A program made the position numbers and the translations under genes. Below the pieces are notes generated by a model, which had not been told where the DNA came from, did no database searches, and saw only the letters and a list, made by a program, of their open reading frames with translations. From a virus, in IMG/VR virus record IMGVR_UViG_3300011013_000009, positions 13,442 to 77,441 of that record: 64,000 nucleotides of DNA; one strand, 5' to 3'. Below, one piece after another: positions 47,816 to 57,404 of this stretch (the stretch's first letter is position 1; the number at the start of each line of letters is the position of its first letter).

Positions 47816-49636
47816 ATGGCATCATTAAGAAAACGTTTAAGAAATTTATTTTCTACTAATGTAATAGTACGTAAGTATGGAAAAGATCGTCTAAGAGTAG
47901 TCGATACTAACAGATTACAGTCATTAGGAAATTTATCACAAAGCAAGTTAACGGATAGATATAATCGATTACACGGCACAACTAAACATAATATGGGTGG
48001 TTATGGCGGATATGATTCGAATTACTACATGCAACAGAATCGTATGCAATTGTATACTGATTACGAGATGATGGATAAAGACCCAATAATATCATCTGCA
48101 TTAGATATATATGCTGACGAATCAACATTAGCAGATCAGTTCGGCGATATATTAACTATTAAAACAAATAAAACTCATATACAAAAAATATTATACAATT
48201 TATATTATGACATATTAAACATTGAATTTAATATGTGGCCATGGATTCGTAATATGTGTAAGTATGGAGATTTCTTTTTAAAATTAGATGTTGCTGAAGA
48301 AATAGGAATTTTAAATGCACGCCCACTTTCTACTTATGAAATTGAAAGATTGGAACAGTATGACGAAACAACGGGTGAATATGATATTAAATTTAGACAC
48401 GCCGCAACAGAACATTTAGAATATGATGTGTTTGAGATAGCACACTTCAGGTTATTATCAGATTCAAACTTCCTCCCATACGGCCGAGCAATGCTTGAAG
48501 GAGCTAGACAAGAATTTCAAAAATTAATGATGTTAGAAGATGCAATGCTTATTCACAGAATAATGAGAGCACCCGAAAAACGTATTTTTAAAATTGATAT
48601 TGGTAATATTCCACCCAATGAAGTTGATTCATTTATGGAAACAATTATTAATAAAATGAAAAAAATTCCATATGTTGATAAACAAACTGGTAACTATAAT
48701 CTTAAATTTAATTTGAATAATATGTTAGAAGATTATTACTTACCTGTGCGGGGAGGCAATAGTCAAACGACAATAGATACACTACCAGGAATGGAGTTTA
48801 CCGGCATTGATGACATCGAATATGTAAAACACAAAATGATGGCAGCATTGAAAATTCCTAAACCATTTTTAGGATATGATGAGGGAGTTGAAGGGAAAAC
48901 TACATTAGCGTCAATGGATATTAGGTTTGCAAGAACAATTGAAAGAATTCAAAAAATAGTTGTTTCAGAATTAGTTAAAATTGGAATTGTACATTTATAT
49001 TCTCAAGGCTATGAAGGAGATGATTTAATAGGATTTGAGTTAGAATTGACTCCGCCATCTATAATTTACGATCAACAAAAAGTTGCATTGATGAATGAAA
49101 AAGTAACTTTAGCATCTGCAATGAAGGATCTAAAACTAGTTTCAGATAAATACATTTATGAGTATATTTTCAATATGTCTGAAGATGAGTGGTTAGAAGA
49201 GCGTAATAATGTTATAGAAGATCTTAAATTAAGATTTAGACAAAATCAAATTGAACAAGAAGGTAATGATCCAACATTAACAGGAACATCATTTGGAACA
49301 CCACATGATTTGGCGTCAATTCATATGAGTACCGATGACGTAGAAGATAAAGATCCGGGGGGCAGACCACCCGAAGGAATTAAATATGGACAGCACAAAA
49401 ATGAATTTGGTTGGGATCCAACTGGGGCTAAAACAATTAAGCAAGGAACAGATCCAAACAATATCACAACCACATTCCAACCAGATCCTAGATTTAGAAA
49501 TACAAAAACAACTGTAGCAACTGAAAATGCTGATATTTTAAAGAAATTAAGACCTAAAAGCCCAAAGATTATAACAGAAGATCAAAATAAAGATGTAGAT
49601 TCTGGAACAATGTTGGACGAAGACAATATTTTATAA
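47816..49636 (+). CDS. Portal protein (T4 gp20-like)
   Basis: LMMLEDAMLIHRIMRAPEKRIFKIDIGN; MLEDYYLPVRGG; IDTLPG; ALKIPK. Confidence 0.96.
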   Translation: MASLRKRLRNLFSTNVIVRKYGKDRLRVVDTNRLQSLGNLSQSKLTDRYNRLHGTTKHNMGGYGGYDSNYYMQQNRMQLYTDYEMMDKDPIISSALDIYADESTLADQFGDILTIKTNKTHIQKILYNLYYDILNIEFNMWPWIRNMCKYGDFFLKLDVAEEIGILNARPLSTYEIERLEQYDETTGEYDIKFRHAATEHLEYDVFEIAHFRLLSDSNFLPYGRAMLEGARQEFQKLMMLEDAMLIHRIMRAPEKRIFKIDIGNIPPNEVDSFMETIINKMKKIPYVDKQTGNYNLKFNLNNMLEDYYLPVRGGNSQTTIDTLPGMEFTGIDDIEYVKHKMMAALKIPKPFLGYDEGVEGKTTLASMDIRFARTIERIQKIVVSELVKIGIVHLYSQGYEGDDLIGFELELTPPSIIYDQQKVALMNEKVTLASAMKDLKLVSDKYIYEYIFNMSEDEWLEERNNVIEDLKLRFRQNQIEQEGNDPTLTGTSFGTPHDLASIHMSTDDVEDKDPGGRPPEGIKYGQHKNEFGWDPTGAKTIKQGTDPNNITTTFQPDPRFRNTKTTVATENADILKKLRPKSPKIITEDQNKDVDSGTMLDEDNIL

Positions 49637-49675
49637 TTAACACGATATTTATATGTAAAGGAACTGTGTTTCGAT

Positions 49676-50530
49676 ATGAAAAAATTAAAACATTCTAAAT
49701 ATAAGAATACGGCAATGTTATTCGAAATTTTAGTAAGGAAATTAACATCCGAATCATTGACTTCAGATAAGTCAGTGACAATTGATATAATTAAAAAGTA
49801 TTTTGGAAAGAACACTGAGCTGTCAAAAGAACTACAATTATATAATTCATTAATAAAAGAACAATTTAAGTCAGAAGCGAGAGCATTAGATTTTATTAGG
49901 TCTTGTAAAGAGACTCACAATAAATTAAATAAATCTTTAATTAAAAGACAACGGTATAACTTAGTAAAAGAAATATCAGAAAATTTTATTTTTGATAAAA
50001 TGTCAAAAATTAGGATTAATAATTATAAACAAATTGCTTCAATATATAAATTATTTGAATATAATGAATCACACAATCCTAAACAAATTTTAGAATGTAA
50101 AGATGTAATTATAGAACATATATTAATTAAAGACACAAGTAATTCAAAGAAAAATACTATATTAGAATCATTTAAAAATCAACATAAAGATGTTCGATTA
50201 TTAACATATAAATTATTAGTTGATAAATTTAATAAAAAATATTCTGGTTTAAATGAAGCACAAAAGGATTTGCTTAATCATTATATTACTCACGTTAATG
50301 ATACTGAGTCTTTAAAGGAATATATCCACAAAGTTATTCCTGTTATTAAAAAACAATTAAAAGAACATGTTAAATTAATAGATGACAAAGTGACAAAAAT
50401 TAAAGTAGACAAATTATCAGAAATGCTTTGTAATGTTGAAACAATTAAAACTATTAAAGAATCTCATGTATTATCATTATTAAGATATTTTGATTTAATT
50501 AAAGAATTAAAAGAGGTAAATATAAAATGA
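49676..50530 (+). CDS. Conserved head-module hypothetical protein
   Basis: Between portal and protease; late motif at 49645. Confidence 0.7.
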   Translation: MKKLKHSKYKNTAMLFEILVRKLTSESLTSDKSVTIDIIKKYFGKNTELSKELQLYNSLIKEQFKSEARALDFIRSCKETHNKLNKSLIKRQRYNLVKEISENFIFDKMSKIRINNYKQIASIYKLFEYNESHNPKQILECKDVIIEHILIKDTSNSKKNTILESFKNQHKDVRLLTYKLLVDKFNKKYSGLNEAQKDLLNHYITHVNDTESLKEYIHKVIPVIKKQLKEHVKLIDDKVTKIKVDKLSEMLCNVETIKTIKESHVLSLLRYFDLIKELKEVNIK

Positions 50531-51093
50531 AATCTTTTTTAAATGAAATGGAAAAAAAGTTTAAAACTGTTAATGAAGCAGAGCTTTGCGAAGAATGTGG
50601 TATGCATGAATGTAAATGTGTAGCTGAAGCTGACATTGTAGTTAATGATCCTAAAGACATTGATACAGTAAAAAAAGAATTAGATCCAGAAGATAGATTA
50701 GTGGTAGAAGATGAATTAGAAGAAATTTCTACATCTGGAGGAGCTGGCTCATATATGACTCCAAATGCATTTGGTAAAAAGAAAAAGAACTATAAGTGGG
50801 CATCTGTTTCAGAAGCAATGGATAAAAAATATGAAAAATTAATTGAATCATATTCTAAATTTGCAATGGGTAAAGGCTCAAAAGCATCACCATCCAGAAC
50901 AGTAAATACCACTATTAGGGAAGTAGCTAAAAAATTACAAGAGATTGAGCAATTAATAAATTATACAGGTAGATTAAAAAATGAATCAGGAATGACACGG
51001 GCTGAATATGGAAAGTCTACTAACACAGCATTAAATAAGATTTCAGAACGATTATTAAAGATTTCTGAACGTGTAAGAAGATTAGGAGAATAA
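50527..51093 (+). CDS. Putative prohead core protein
   Basis: MKSFLNE start, many hydrophobic-x-E sites, CEECGMHECKC. Confidence 0.55.
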   Translation: MKSFLNEMEKKFKTVNEAELCEECGMHECKCVAEADIVVNDPKDIDTVKKELDPEDRLVVEDELEEISTSGGAGSYMTPNAFGKKKKNYKWASVSEAMDKKYEKLIESYSKFAMGKGSKASPSRTVNTTIREVAKKLQEIEQLINYTGRLKNESGMTRAEYGKSTNTALNKISERLLKISERVRRLGE

Positions 51094-51094
51094 T

Positions 51095-51718
51095 ATGTCT
51101 AAAGCTTTATTAGTAGAATATATGCCATTTAAACCTATCTCTCCATTAACTGAATCAGATGGAGCAAAATTCGGAGTACCTGGTGGAATGGTAGTTCAAG
51201 GGGTATTACAAAGAGCTGGAGCAAAAAACCAGAATGGGAGAATATACCCAAAACACATTTTAGCAAGAGAATGTGTAAGATATCAAAAAGAGTATATAGA
51301 TCAACATAGGGCATTAGGAGAATTAGATCACCCAGAATCATCAATTGTTAATTTAAATAATGTATCTCATAATGTTTTAAAAATATGGTGGGATGGTGAT
51401 AATCTTAAAGGAGCAGTACAAGTATTAGATACTCCCGCAGGAAATATATTAAAATCACTATTTAAATCAGGGATAACATTGGGGATATCTAGTAGGGGTT
51501 TAGGAAGTGTAAAAGAATTATATAAAGAATCAGCAGTTGAAGTTCAAGAAGACTTTGAATTAATATGTTGGGACTTTGTATCTAATCCGTCGACAACAGG
51601 AGCATTTATGCAACCAATGTTTGAGTCGACAAATAAAATGAATGTAATAAACAAATATGGCAGAGTAAATGAAATTATAACTTCAATACTTTGTGATGAT
51701 GGAAAATGTAGGATATAA
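51095..51718 (+). CDS. Prohead protease (T4 gp21-like)
   Basis: NQNGRIYP, ALGELDHP, VSH, GISSRGLGS, DFVSNPS. Confidence 0.95.
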   Translation: MSKALLVEYMPFKPISPLTESDGAKFGVPGGMVVQGVLQRAGAKNQNGRIYPKHILARECVRYQKEYIDQHRALGELDHPESSIVNLNNVSHNVLKIWWDGDNLKGAVQVLDTPAGNILKSLFKSGITLGISSRGLGSVKELYKESAVEVQEDFELICWDFVSNPSTTGAFMQPMFESTNKMNVINKYGRVNEIITSILCDDGKCRI

Positions 51719-51720
51719 AT

Positions 51721-52086
51721 ATGAATATTAAAGCATTAATGGAAGCGTTAGAAAGCGAACCTGTACAAGTAACCAAAGAACAAAAAAAGGCCTTTATGGA
51801 AGCAGTTCGTGGATTTTCTCAACTAGGAGAAGGCGTATATGGAAAAACTAATTTAAAAGAATTGTGTGAAAAAGTAAAATATATGGTTGAAACAGCAAAC
51901 CAAGTAACTTTAGCAGAAGGAGATTGGTTTGATGGAATGACTGTTAATAGAAACATGAAAGAAATAGCAAATTCATATAAAGTATTTGAAAAGACAGCAC
52001 AAGAAATGTCAGTATTAAGAGAAAGATTTGAAGCAGCGTTTGAAGATATTGGAAGAGGATTAAATCGATATTTTGAAATGGATTAA
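51721..52086 (+). CDS. Head-module hypothetical protein
   Basis: MNIKALMEALE start; TAGGA upstream. Confidence 0.7.
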   Translation: MNIKALMEALESEPVQVTKEQKKAFMEAVRGFSQLGEGVYGKTNLKELCEKVKYMVETANQVTLAEGDWFDGMTVNRNMKEIANSYKVFEKTAQEMSVLRERFEAAFEDIGRGLNRYFEMD

Positions 52087-52087
52087 G

Positions 52088-52119
52088 ATAGGAATATTGA
52101 AAAAAATTTATTATATTAT
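52088..52119 (+). promoter_or_regulatory. Host-type promoter ahead of the bS21 unit
   Basis: ATAG-N20-TATATTAT; TAGGA-N3-TTGAAA matches the promoter at 1223. Confidence 0.55.
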
Positions 52120-52135
52120 ATAAAAGGTAAGAAGA

Positions 52136-52534
52136 ATGTCAAGTGTTAATAATATGTATAGAAAATTTTTCGGGTTTAAGAAAATGAATGAATCGCCAGA
52201 ACTAGAAGAGGCAGATTTATTAAACCACATGACCGATTACAGAGGAGGAGTAGTTTATCAATTACATAATCCAGCAACAGCAGTTGATGTAAGAAAAGAC
52301 ATACAACAATTTGCAGCAAAAAAGAAAATGCATATTATTAAAACACAATTTAATGATGCAAAAGGATTAGGATTTTTTCAATTTAGATTAGGAGAAGACC
52401 CGGGAAAAGAATCACAAAGAATACAAGGATTCATAAGTCAATTACCAGAAGTAGTAAGATTTAAATTTACTACAGGACAGCCTACACAACCACAAGCCCC
52501 ACCACCTGCCCCACCAACAAATGATATCGTATAA
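52136..52534 (+). CDS. Hypothetical protein co-located with bS21
   Basis: 132 aa, Pro-rich tail; AAGGT upstream. Confidence 0.7.
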   Translation: MSSVNNMYRKFFGFKKMNESPELEEADLLNHMTDYRGGVVYQLHNPATAVDVRKDIQQFAAKKKMHIIKTQFNDAKGLGFFQFRLGEDPGKESQRIQGFISQLPEVVRFKFTTGQPTQPQAPPPAPPTNDIV

Positions 52535-52545
52535 AATAAGTTATA

Positions 52546-52803
52546 ATGAACAAAAAACAAAGAATGAGTAAAAAACAAAAACAACACCTATCAATAGCCC
52601 CAGGCCATGGAATTGGCGCTAAAGTCGTAGAAAAAGATATTAACTTTGCATTAAGGATTTGGAAAAGAAAATTAAAAGAATCCGATGTTTTAGTAAACTT
52701 AAAAGAAGGAAGAGAGTTTTTAAAACCAAGTGTAAAGAAAAGAAAACAAAAAATCGATGCAATATATACCCAAAAAATAAAAGACTTGCACGCAGACGAT
52801 TAG
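52546..52803 (+). CDS. rpsU: Phage-encoded ribosomal protein bS21
   Basis: DINFALRIWKRKLKESDVLVNLKEGREFLKPSVKKR is the bS21 signature; extended basic N terminus. Confidence 0.9.
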   Translation: MNKKQRMSKKQKQHLSIAPGHGIGAKVVEKDINFALRIWKRKLKESDVLVNLKEGREFLKPSVKKRKQKIDAIYTQKIKDLHADD

Positions 52804-52822
52804 ATTTTCCATATATAATAAT

Positions 52823-52852
52823 AAGTCCTAGCAGAAATGTTAGGACTTTTTT
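52823..52852 (+). terminator. Rho-independent terminator after bS21
   Basis: AAGTCCTAGCA-GAAA-TGTTAGGACTT plus T run. Confidence 0.9.
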
Positions 52853-52873
52853 ACTGTTTTTTCAAACTACCCT

Positions 52874-52981
52874 ATATTTATTGTAAATACGTTATCGATC
52901 TATATAACGTCAACGAAAATTAATTATTCTATTAAGATTCCAAATAATCTTATTTCCAAAACAAAATTTAAGGAGAAAACA
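52874..52981 (+). promoter_or_regulatory. Late promoter and structured 5' leader of the scaffold-capsid operon
   Basis: ATATTTAT 52874-81; hairpins 52889-52910 and 52933-52952; TAAGGAG 52969-75. Confidence 0.65.
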
Positions 52982-54070
52982 ATGGCAAAATCAGATTTGC
53001 TAAAAGAAGCGATTGCGGACGCTAAGGCTGTTAAAGAAACTGCATTAGCAAACGCAAAAATTGCATTAGAAGAAGCTTTTGCTCCAAGGATTCAATCAAT
53101 GTTAACAACTAAATTAGCTGAAGACGAAATGTACGAAGACGAAATGTACGAAGACGAAATGCTAGATATAGCTGAAGAAGAACCAGATGTAGACCCAATG
53201 GCTATGGAAGGCGAAATGGACTTAGAAGCTGAATTAGGTGGAGAAGCTCCAATGGATGATCTAGGTGCCGCAGGCATGGAAGATGATCTAGGCGCTGAAG
53301 CAGGCATGGAAGATGATCTAGGTGCCGCAGAAGGACCAGCATCAGTAAATATCGACGGAGTAGAATATGCTCCTGTTGGCGGTGACGACACAAGTGTTGA
53401 AGCAGATGCTGAAGAAATGGCACCACCTGTTGATGATATGGAACTTGAATCTATTATTAGAGAGCTAGAAGAAGACTTAAATGAAGAAGATAATTTAGAC
53501 GCAGTAGATGCAGAAATTGAAGTTAATGAAGGAGTCACAGGGGCTGAAGCATTAGCACCAGAAGACGAAAACTTGTCTGAAGACTTTAACATCGATGAAA
53601 TTATCGAATCTATTTTATCTGAAGAAGAAGATGCAGAAGCACCAAAAGACGAAGCAGATGCAGAATTAGATGAAGGTGAATATAAAGAAGAGCTTGAAGA
53701 AGCTTATAACACGATTCATTCACTTCGACACACAATCAATGAAGTCAATCTTTTAAATGCAAAGCTCCTTTACACTAACAAATTATTTAGGAACTTCGAG
53801 CTTAATGAAAATCAAAAAATGAAAGTAATTGAAAATTTTGATAGAGCTGGAACAACTAGAGAAGTAAAATTAGTGTTTAGTACATTAGCAGAAAGTTTCA
53901 CTGTGCCTGTTAAAAAGCGCAAAATGGTAAAAGAAAACAAAGCTTCAAAGAGCTATGCTTCTAGACCATCTGGAACTACTGCACCGAGCAAGAAAACGAA
54001 ACAAATTATTAACGAAGGAAATGAATTAGCTAATAGATGGAAGAAATTAGCTGGTTTATTGCCTAACTAA
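52982..54070 (+). CDS. Prohead core/scaffolding protein (gp22-like)
   Basis: Highly acidic, directly upstream of the capsid gene; many L/I-x-E sites; ends RWKKLAGL. Confidence 0.85.
   Translation: MAKSDLLKEAIADAKAVKETALANAKIALEEAFAPRIQSMLTTKLAEDEMYEDEMYEDEMLDIAEEEPDVDPMAMEGEMDLEAELGGEAPMDDLGAAGMEDDLGAEAGMEDDLGAAEGPASVNIDGVEYAPVGGDDTSVEADAEEMAPPVDDMELESIIRELEEDLNEEDNLDAVDAEIEVNEGVTGAEALAPEDENLSEDFNIDEIIESILSEEEDAEAPKDEADAELDEGEYKEELEEAYNTIHSLRHTINEVNLLNAKLLYTNKLFRNFELNENQKMKVIENFDRAGTTREVKLVFSTLAESFTVPVKKRKMVKENKASKSYASRPSGTTAPSKKTKQIINEGNELANRWKKLAGLLPN
53120..53161 (+). repeat. 15-nt tandem repeat (EDEMY) in scaffold
   Basis: GAAGACGAAATGTAC x2.8; further MEDDLGA repeats at about 53252-53335. 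Confidence 0.9.
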
Positions 54071-54087
54071 AGAAAAGGAAAGAAATA

Positions 54088-55737
54088 ATGAATATATCAT
54101 CATTATTAGAAGATAATAATCCGTCCCAAAGAAATCAAGCTAAAGGTTTGGTATCAAAATGGGAAAGAACAGGATTATTAGAAGGCCTAAAAAATGAAAC
54201 CGAGCGAGCAGGTATGGCACAACTTCTTGAAAACCAAGCTAGACAGTTGGTAAGAGAAGCGTCAGGTACCGGTACCGCAGAGGGATCAGAAGAATGGGCA
54301 GGGGTAGCTCTTCCATTGGTAAGAAGAATTTTTGCAGAATTTGCTGCTAAAGAATTCGTTTCTGTACAACCAATGAATCTACCATCAGGTCTAGTATTTT
54401 ACTTAGACTTTAAATATGGAACAGCACAACCTGGATTTGAAACATCAAATGCTGGTACGAACAATCCATTGAAATTTGGTTCTCCAAATGCCAATAACTC
54501 GATGTTCGGTGTTACTTCTGATGCAGGCGATCCAACTGGTGGTCTTTATGGCGCTGGTAGATTTGCTTATTCTATTAACGAAGTAGTCCAAGGAGGCACT
54601 GCTACAATAGCAAATGCTACTTCAGCATCAGTTAACTATGATAGTTCATTTACAGATGTAGCAAATTTTGCTACTTTGTATCAAGTAATATCATTCCCAA
54701 CATCATCATTAACTAGATTTGATAACACAGCTGTTAGATCATTTGTATTATCAACAGGTTCGGCAGGTACATTTACTAGTTATCCAGCATTTACTAGAAT
54801 CAATGGCGGAAATATTGATTTTGTTGTAACAGGTTCAGGAGCAGTATTAGCTGCTGGTGGATATACTTGTTCATATAGTCAACAGCCAACAGATGTAACT
54901 AGAGGTGATTTCGAAGATTCAGATCCATTTAAAGGTTCTGGTACCGGTACTGGTATTGACGATGGAACAGATATTGATATTCCTGAAGTGAATCTTGAAA
55001 TGCAATCAGATCCAATCGTTGCTAAGACTAGAAAGTTAAAGGCTGTTTGGACACCTGAATTTGCTCAAGATTTAAATGCATATCACTCAATTGACGCTGA
55101 AGCTGAATTAACTTCAATGTTAAGTGAATATGTATCGATGGAAATCGATCTTGAAATATTAGATATGCTTATCAATGGCGCAGTTACTACTGAGTTCTGG
55201 TCTGCAGAGTCTAATAAATTCTATAATGCAGCAACTAATACTTTTGATACAAAAGGTGCTGGAGCTGGTGGATATTATAATACTCAAGGAGAATGGTTCC
55301 AAACTCTTGGTACTAAACTTCAAAAAGTATCTAATACAATTCACCAAAAGACACTAAGAGGTGGAGCGAATTTCTTAGTTACTAGTCCTGCTGTTGCAAC
55401 TATCCTTGAATCTATTCCTGGATTTGCTGCTGACACAGATGGTGACAAAATGGAATTTGCCGCTGGTGTTCAAAAAATTGGTGCTATGAATAATAGATAC
55501 ACAGTTTATAAGAACCCATACATGAAAGAAAACGTAATCCTTATGGGATACAGAGGAGCACAGTTCCTTGAAACTGGAGCAGTTTATTCTCCATACGTTC
55601 CACTTATCATGACTCCATTAGTGTACGATCCTGTAAACTTCACTCCTAGAAAAGGGGTTATGACTCGTTATGCGAAGAAAATCGTAAGACCTGAGTTCTA
55701 TGGTAAAGTTTATGTAGCTGGATTAAATACTCTTTAA
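54088..55737 (+). CDS. Major capsid protein (T4 gp23-like)
   Basis: LPLVRR, VQPMNLPSGLVF, AKTRKLKAVWTPEFAQDL.A.H.IDAEAEL, YSPYVPL, PRKGVMTRY. Confidence 0.97.
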   Translation: MNISSLLEDNNPSQRNQAKGLVSKWERTGLLEGLKNETERAGMAQLLENQARQLVREASGTGTAEGSEEWAGVALPLVRRIFAEFAAKEFVSVQPMNLPSGLVFYLDFKYGTAQPGFETSNAGTNNPLKFGSPNANNSMFGVTSDAGDPTGGLYGAGRFAYSINEVVQGGTATIANATSASVNYDSSFTDVANFATLYQVISFPTSSLTRFDNTAVRSFVLSTGSAGTFTSYPAFTRINGGNIDFVVTGSGAVLAAGGYTCSYSQQPTDVTRGDFEDSDPFKGSGTGTGIDDGTDIDIPEVNLEMQSDPIVAKTRKLKAVWTPEFAQDLNAYHSIDAEAELTSMLSEYVSMEIDLEILDMLINGAVTTEFWSAESNKFYNAATNTFDTKGAGAGGYYNTQGEWFQTLGTKLQKVSNTIHQKTLRGGANFLVTSPAVATILESIPGFAADTDGDKMEFAAGVQKIGAMNNRYTVYKNPYMKENVILMGYRGAQFLETGAVYSPYVPLIMTPLVYDPVNFTPRKGVMTRYAKKIVRPEFYGKVYVAGLNTL

Positions 55738-55790
55738 TAGTTAGATAAATAAACTATTTAATTAATTATAGAATTAACAATTGAATTAGG

Positions 55791-55818
55791 AAGGGATGAT
55801 TTAGGTCATCCCTTTCTT
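55791..55818 (+). terminator. Terminator after the capsid gene
   Basis: AAGGGATGAT-TTAG-GTCATCCCTT followed by TCTT. Confidence 0.85.
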
Positions 55819-55861
55819 ACTGTTTTAATATTTATATAAAAGAATTATAGGAAAATTAACA

Positions 55862-56137
55862 ATGGCAGCAACTAGAACAAAATATTCAATGCAAACAAGA
55901 ATTCGTTACAAAGGAAATTTAGTAGATGTATTAGATCGAATAAGAGCAATTCGTCTTGTATTAATGGTTCATATCGAACAAGATCTAGGAAAGGGTGCAG
56001 AGCTAGTTACTATGAAAATAATGACACCATATCCTCCTAGACATTCATATCACGCAATTAGAAAATTATGTTTAGGTAAAATTGAAACATTAGAAGAAAT
56101 GCAATTACTAGAAACTACTTTAACAAAATTACAATAA
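55862..56137 (+). CDS. Hypothetical late protein
   Basis: Late motif at 55828; TAGGA upstream. Confidence 0.7.
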   Translation: MAATRTKYSMQTRIRYKGNLVDVLDRIRAIRLVLMVHIEQDLGKGAELVTMKIMTPYPPRHSYHAIRKLCLGKIETLEEMQLLETTLTKLQ

Positions 56138-56177
56138 TAGCCTAAATAAAATATATTTATAATAAAGGAAATAACAA

Positions 56178-57401
56178 ATGGATTACAGTGAAAATAAACC
56201 AATTTGGCCCGGAAGCTCATCATTTAGTCCAGGACAAACTCCATTTGGTTTTTTTGATAGCGATGCGCTATTTCAACAACAAGCAGACAGCTTTGCAGTA
56301 TTTGCAGCAAATAATGTTGGATATCCAATCATGGATGTCGAGTTAATAGATATAAACTTTTATACAGCATTTGAATCTGCAGTAATAGAATATTCAAATC
56401 AAGTTAATCAAGTAAACATTGCAAATAATTTATTAAACACATTAGGAATTAACACAGGGTCTCAATTTTTATCAGAAGGCAGTTTTTCAGATACATTAGT
56501 AGGTAGTTCATTATCATATATTACAAAGCTATCTAAAACATATGGAACTGAAGCAGACTCCGGAGGAAATTTAAAATGGTTTTCTGCATCAATTGATATC
56601 CAAGATGGGGTACAGTCATATAGTATACGTACAGCGGTATCTAAATCTTTAGGGATAACATTATCAGACACTAGCTCAATTGAAGTAAAAAGAGTATTAC
56701 ATAATGTTCCACCAGCAATTGTTAGATATTTTGATCCATTTGTGGGTACAGGAATGGGGTCGCAACAATTATTAGACTCATTCGACTTTGGAGGATTTTC
56801 TCCATCAGTTAATTTCATGATGATGCCTATACATCAAGACTTATTAAGAATACAATCAATTGAATTTAATGATAGAATCCGTAAATCACATTTTTCATTT
56901 GAATTACACGGAGATGATATAAGATTATATCCAGTCCCAGGAACACAAGGAACAGCTGCAACACCATATTACGATAATGTTTGGTTTGAATTTATATTTG
57001 AAGATAAAAAAGCAGATGATGCAATTTTATTCGGAAATACCGCAGCATTAACTGGAGTGGTATCCGACGTATCGAATATACCATATACGTATCAAAAATA
57101 CAGTCAAATAAATGATATGGGGCGTGCTTGGATTATAAAATATGCATTAGCATTAGTAAAAGAAATGTTAGGGTATGTAAGAGGAAAATATTCATCAGTA
57201 CCAATCCCAAATGCAGAAGTAACATTAAATGGTCCTGAATTGATATCACAAGGTACTACAGAGAAAGATGCACTTATAACTCAATTAAGAGAGTTTTTAG
57301 AAAAAATGACAAAAGAGAGTATGATGACAAGGCAACAAGCAGAAAATGATGCAATGAATGAAATTTTGTCAAAAATACCAACTAAAATTTATATAGGATA
57401 A
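56178..57401 (+). CDS. Neck/head-completion protein (gp13-like)
   Basis: VGYPIMDVEL; WIIKYALALVKEMLG.VRGKY...VTLNG. Confidence 0.85.
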   Translation: MDYSENKPIWPGSSSFSPGQTPFGFFDSDALFQQQADSFAVFAANNVGYPIMDVELIDINFYTAFESAVIEYSNQVNQVNIANNLLNTLGINTGSQFLSEGSFSDTLVGSSLSYITKLSKTYGTEADSGGNLKWFSASIDIQDGVQSYSIRTAVSKSLGITLSDTSSIEVKRVLHNVPPAIVRYFDPFVGTGMGSQQLLDSFDFGGFSPSVNFMMMPIHQDLLRIQSIEFNDRIRKSHFSFELHGDDIRLYPVPGTQGTAATPYYDNVWFEFIFEDKKADDAILFGNTAALTGVVSDVSNIPYTYQKYSQINDMGRAWIIKYALALVKEMLGYVRGKYSSVPIPNAEVTLNGPELISQGTTEKDALITQLREFLEKMTKESMMTRQQAENDAMNEILSKIPTKIYIG

Positions 57402-57404
57402 TGA

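Noticed and set aside
46208-49636. Inteins or introns in terminase or portal
   Set aside because: Lengths and motif spacing are ordinary; no splicing or homing-endonuclease motifs
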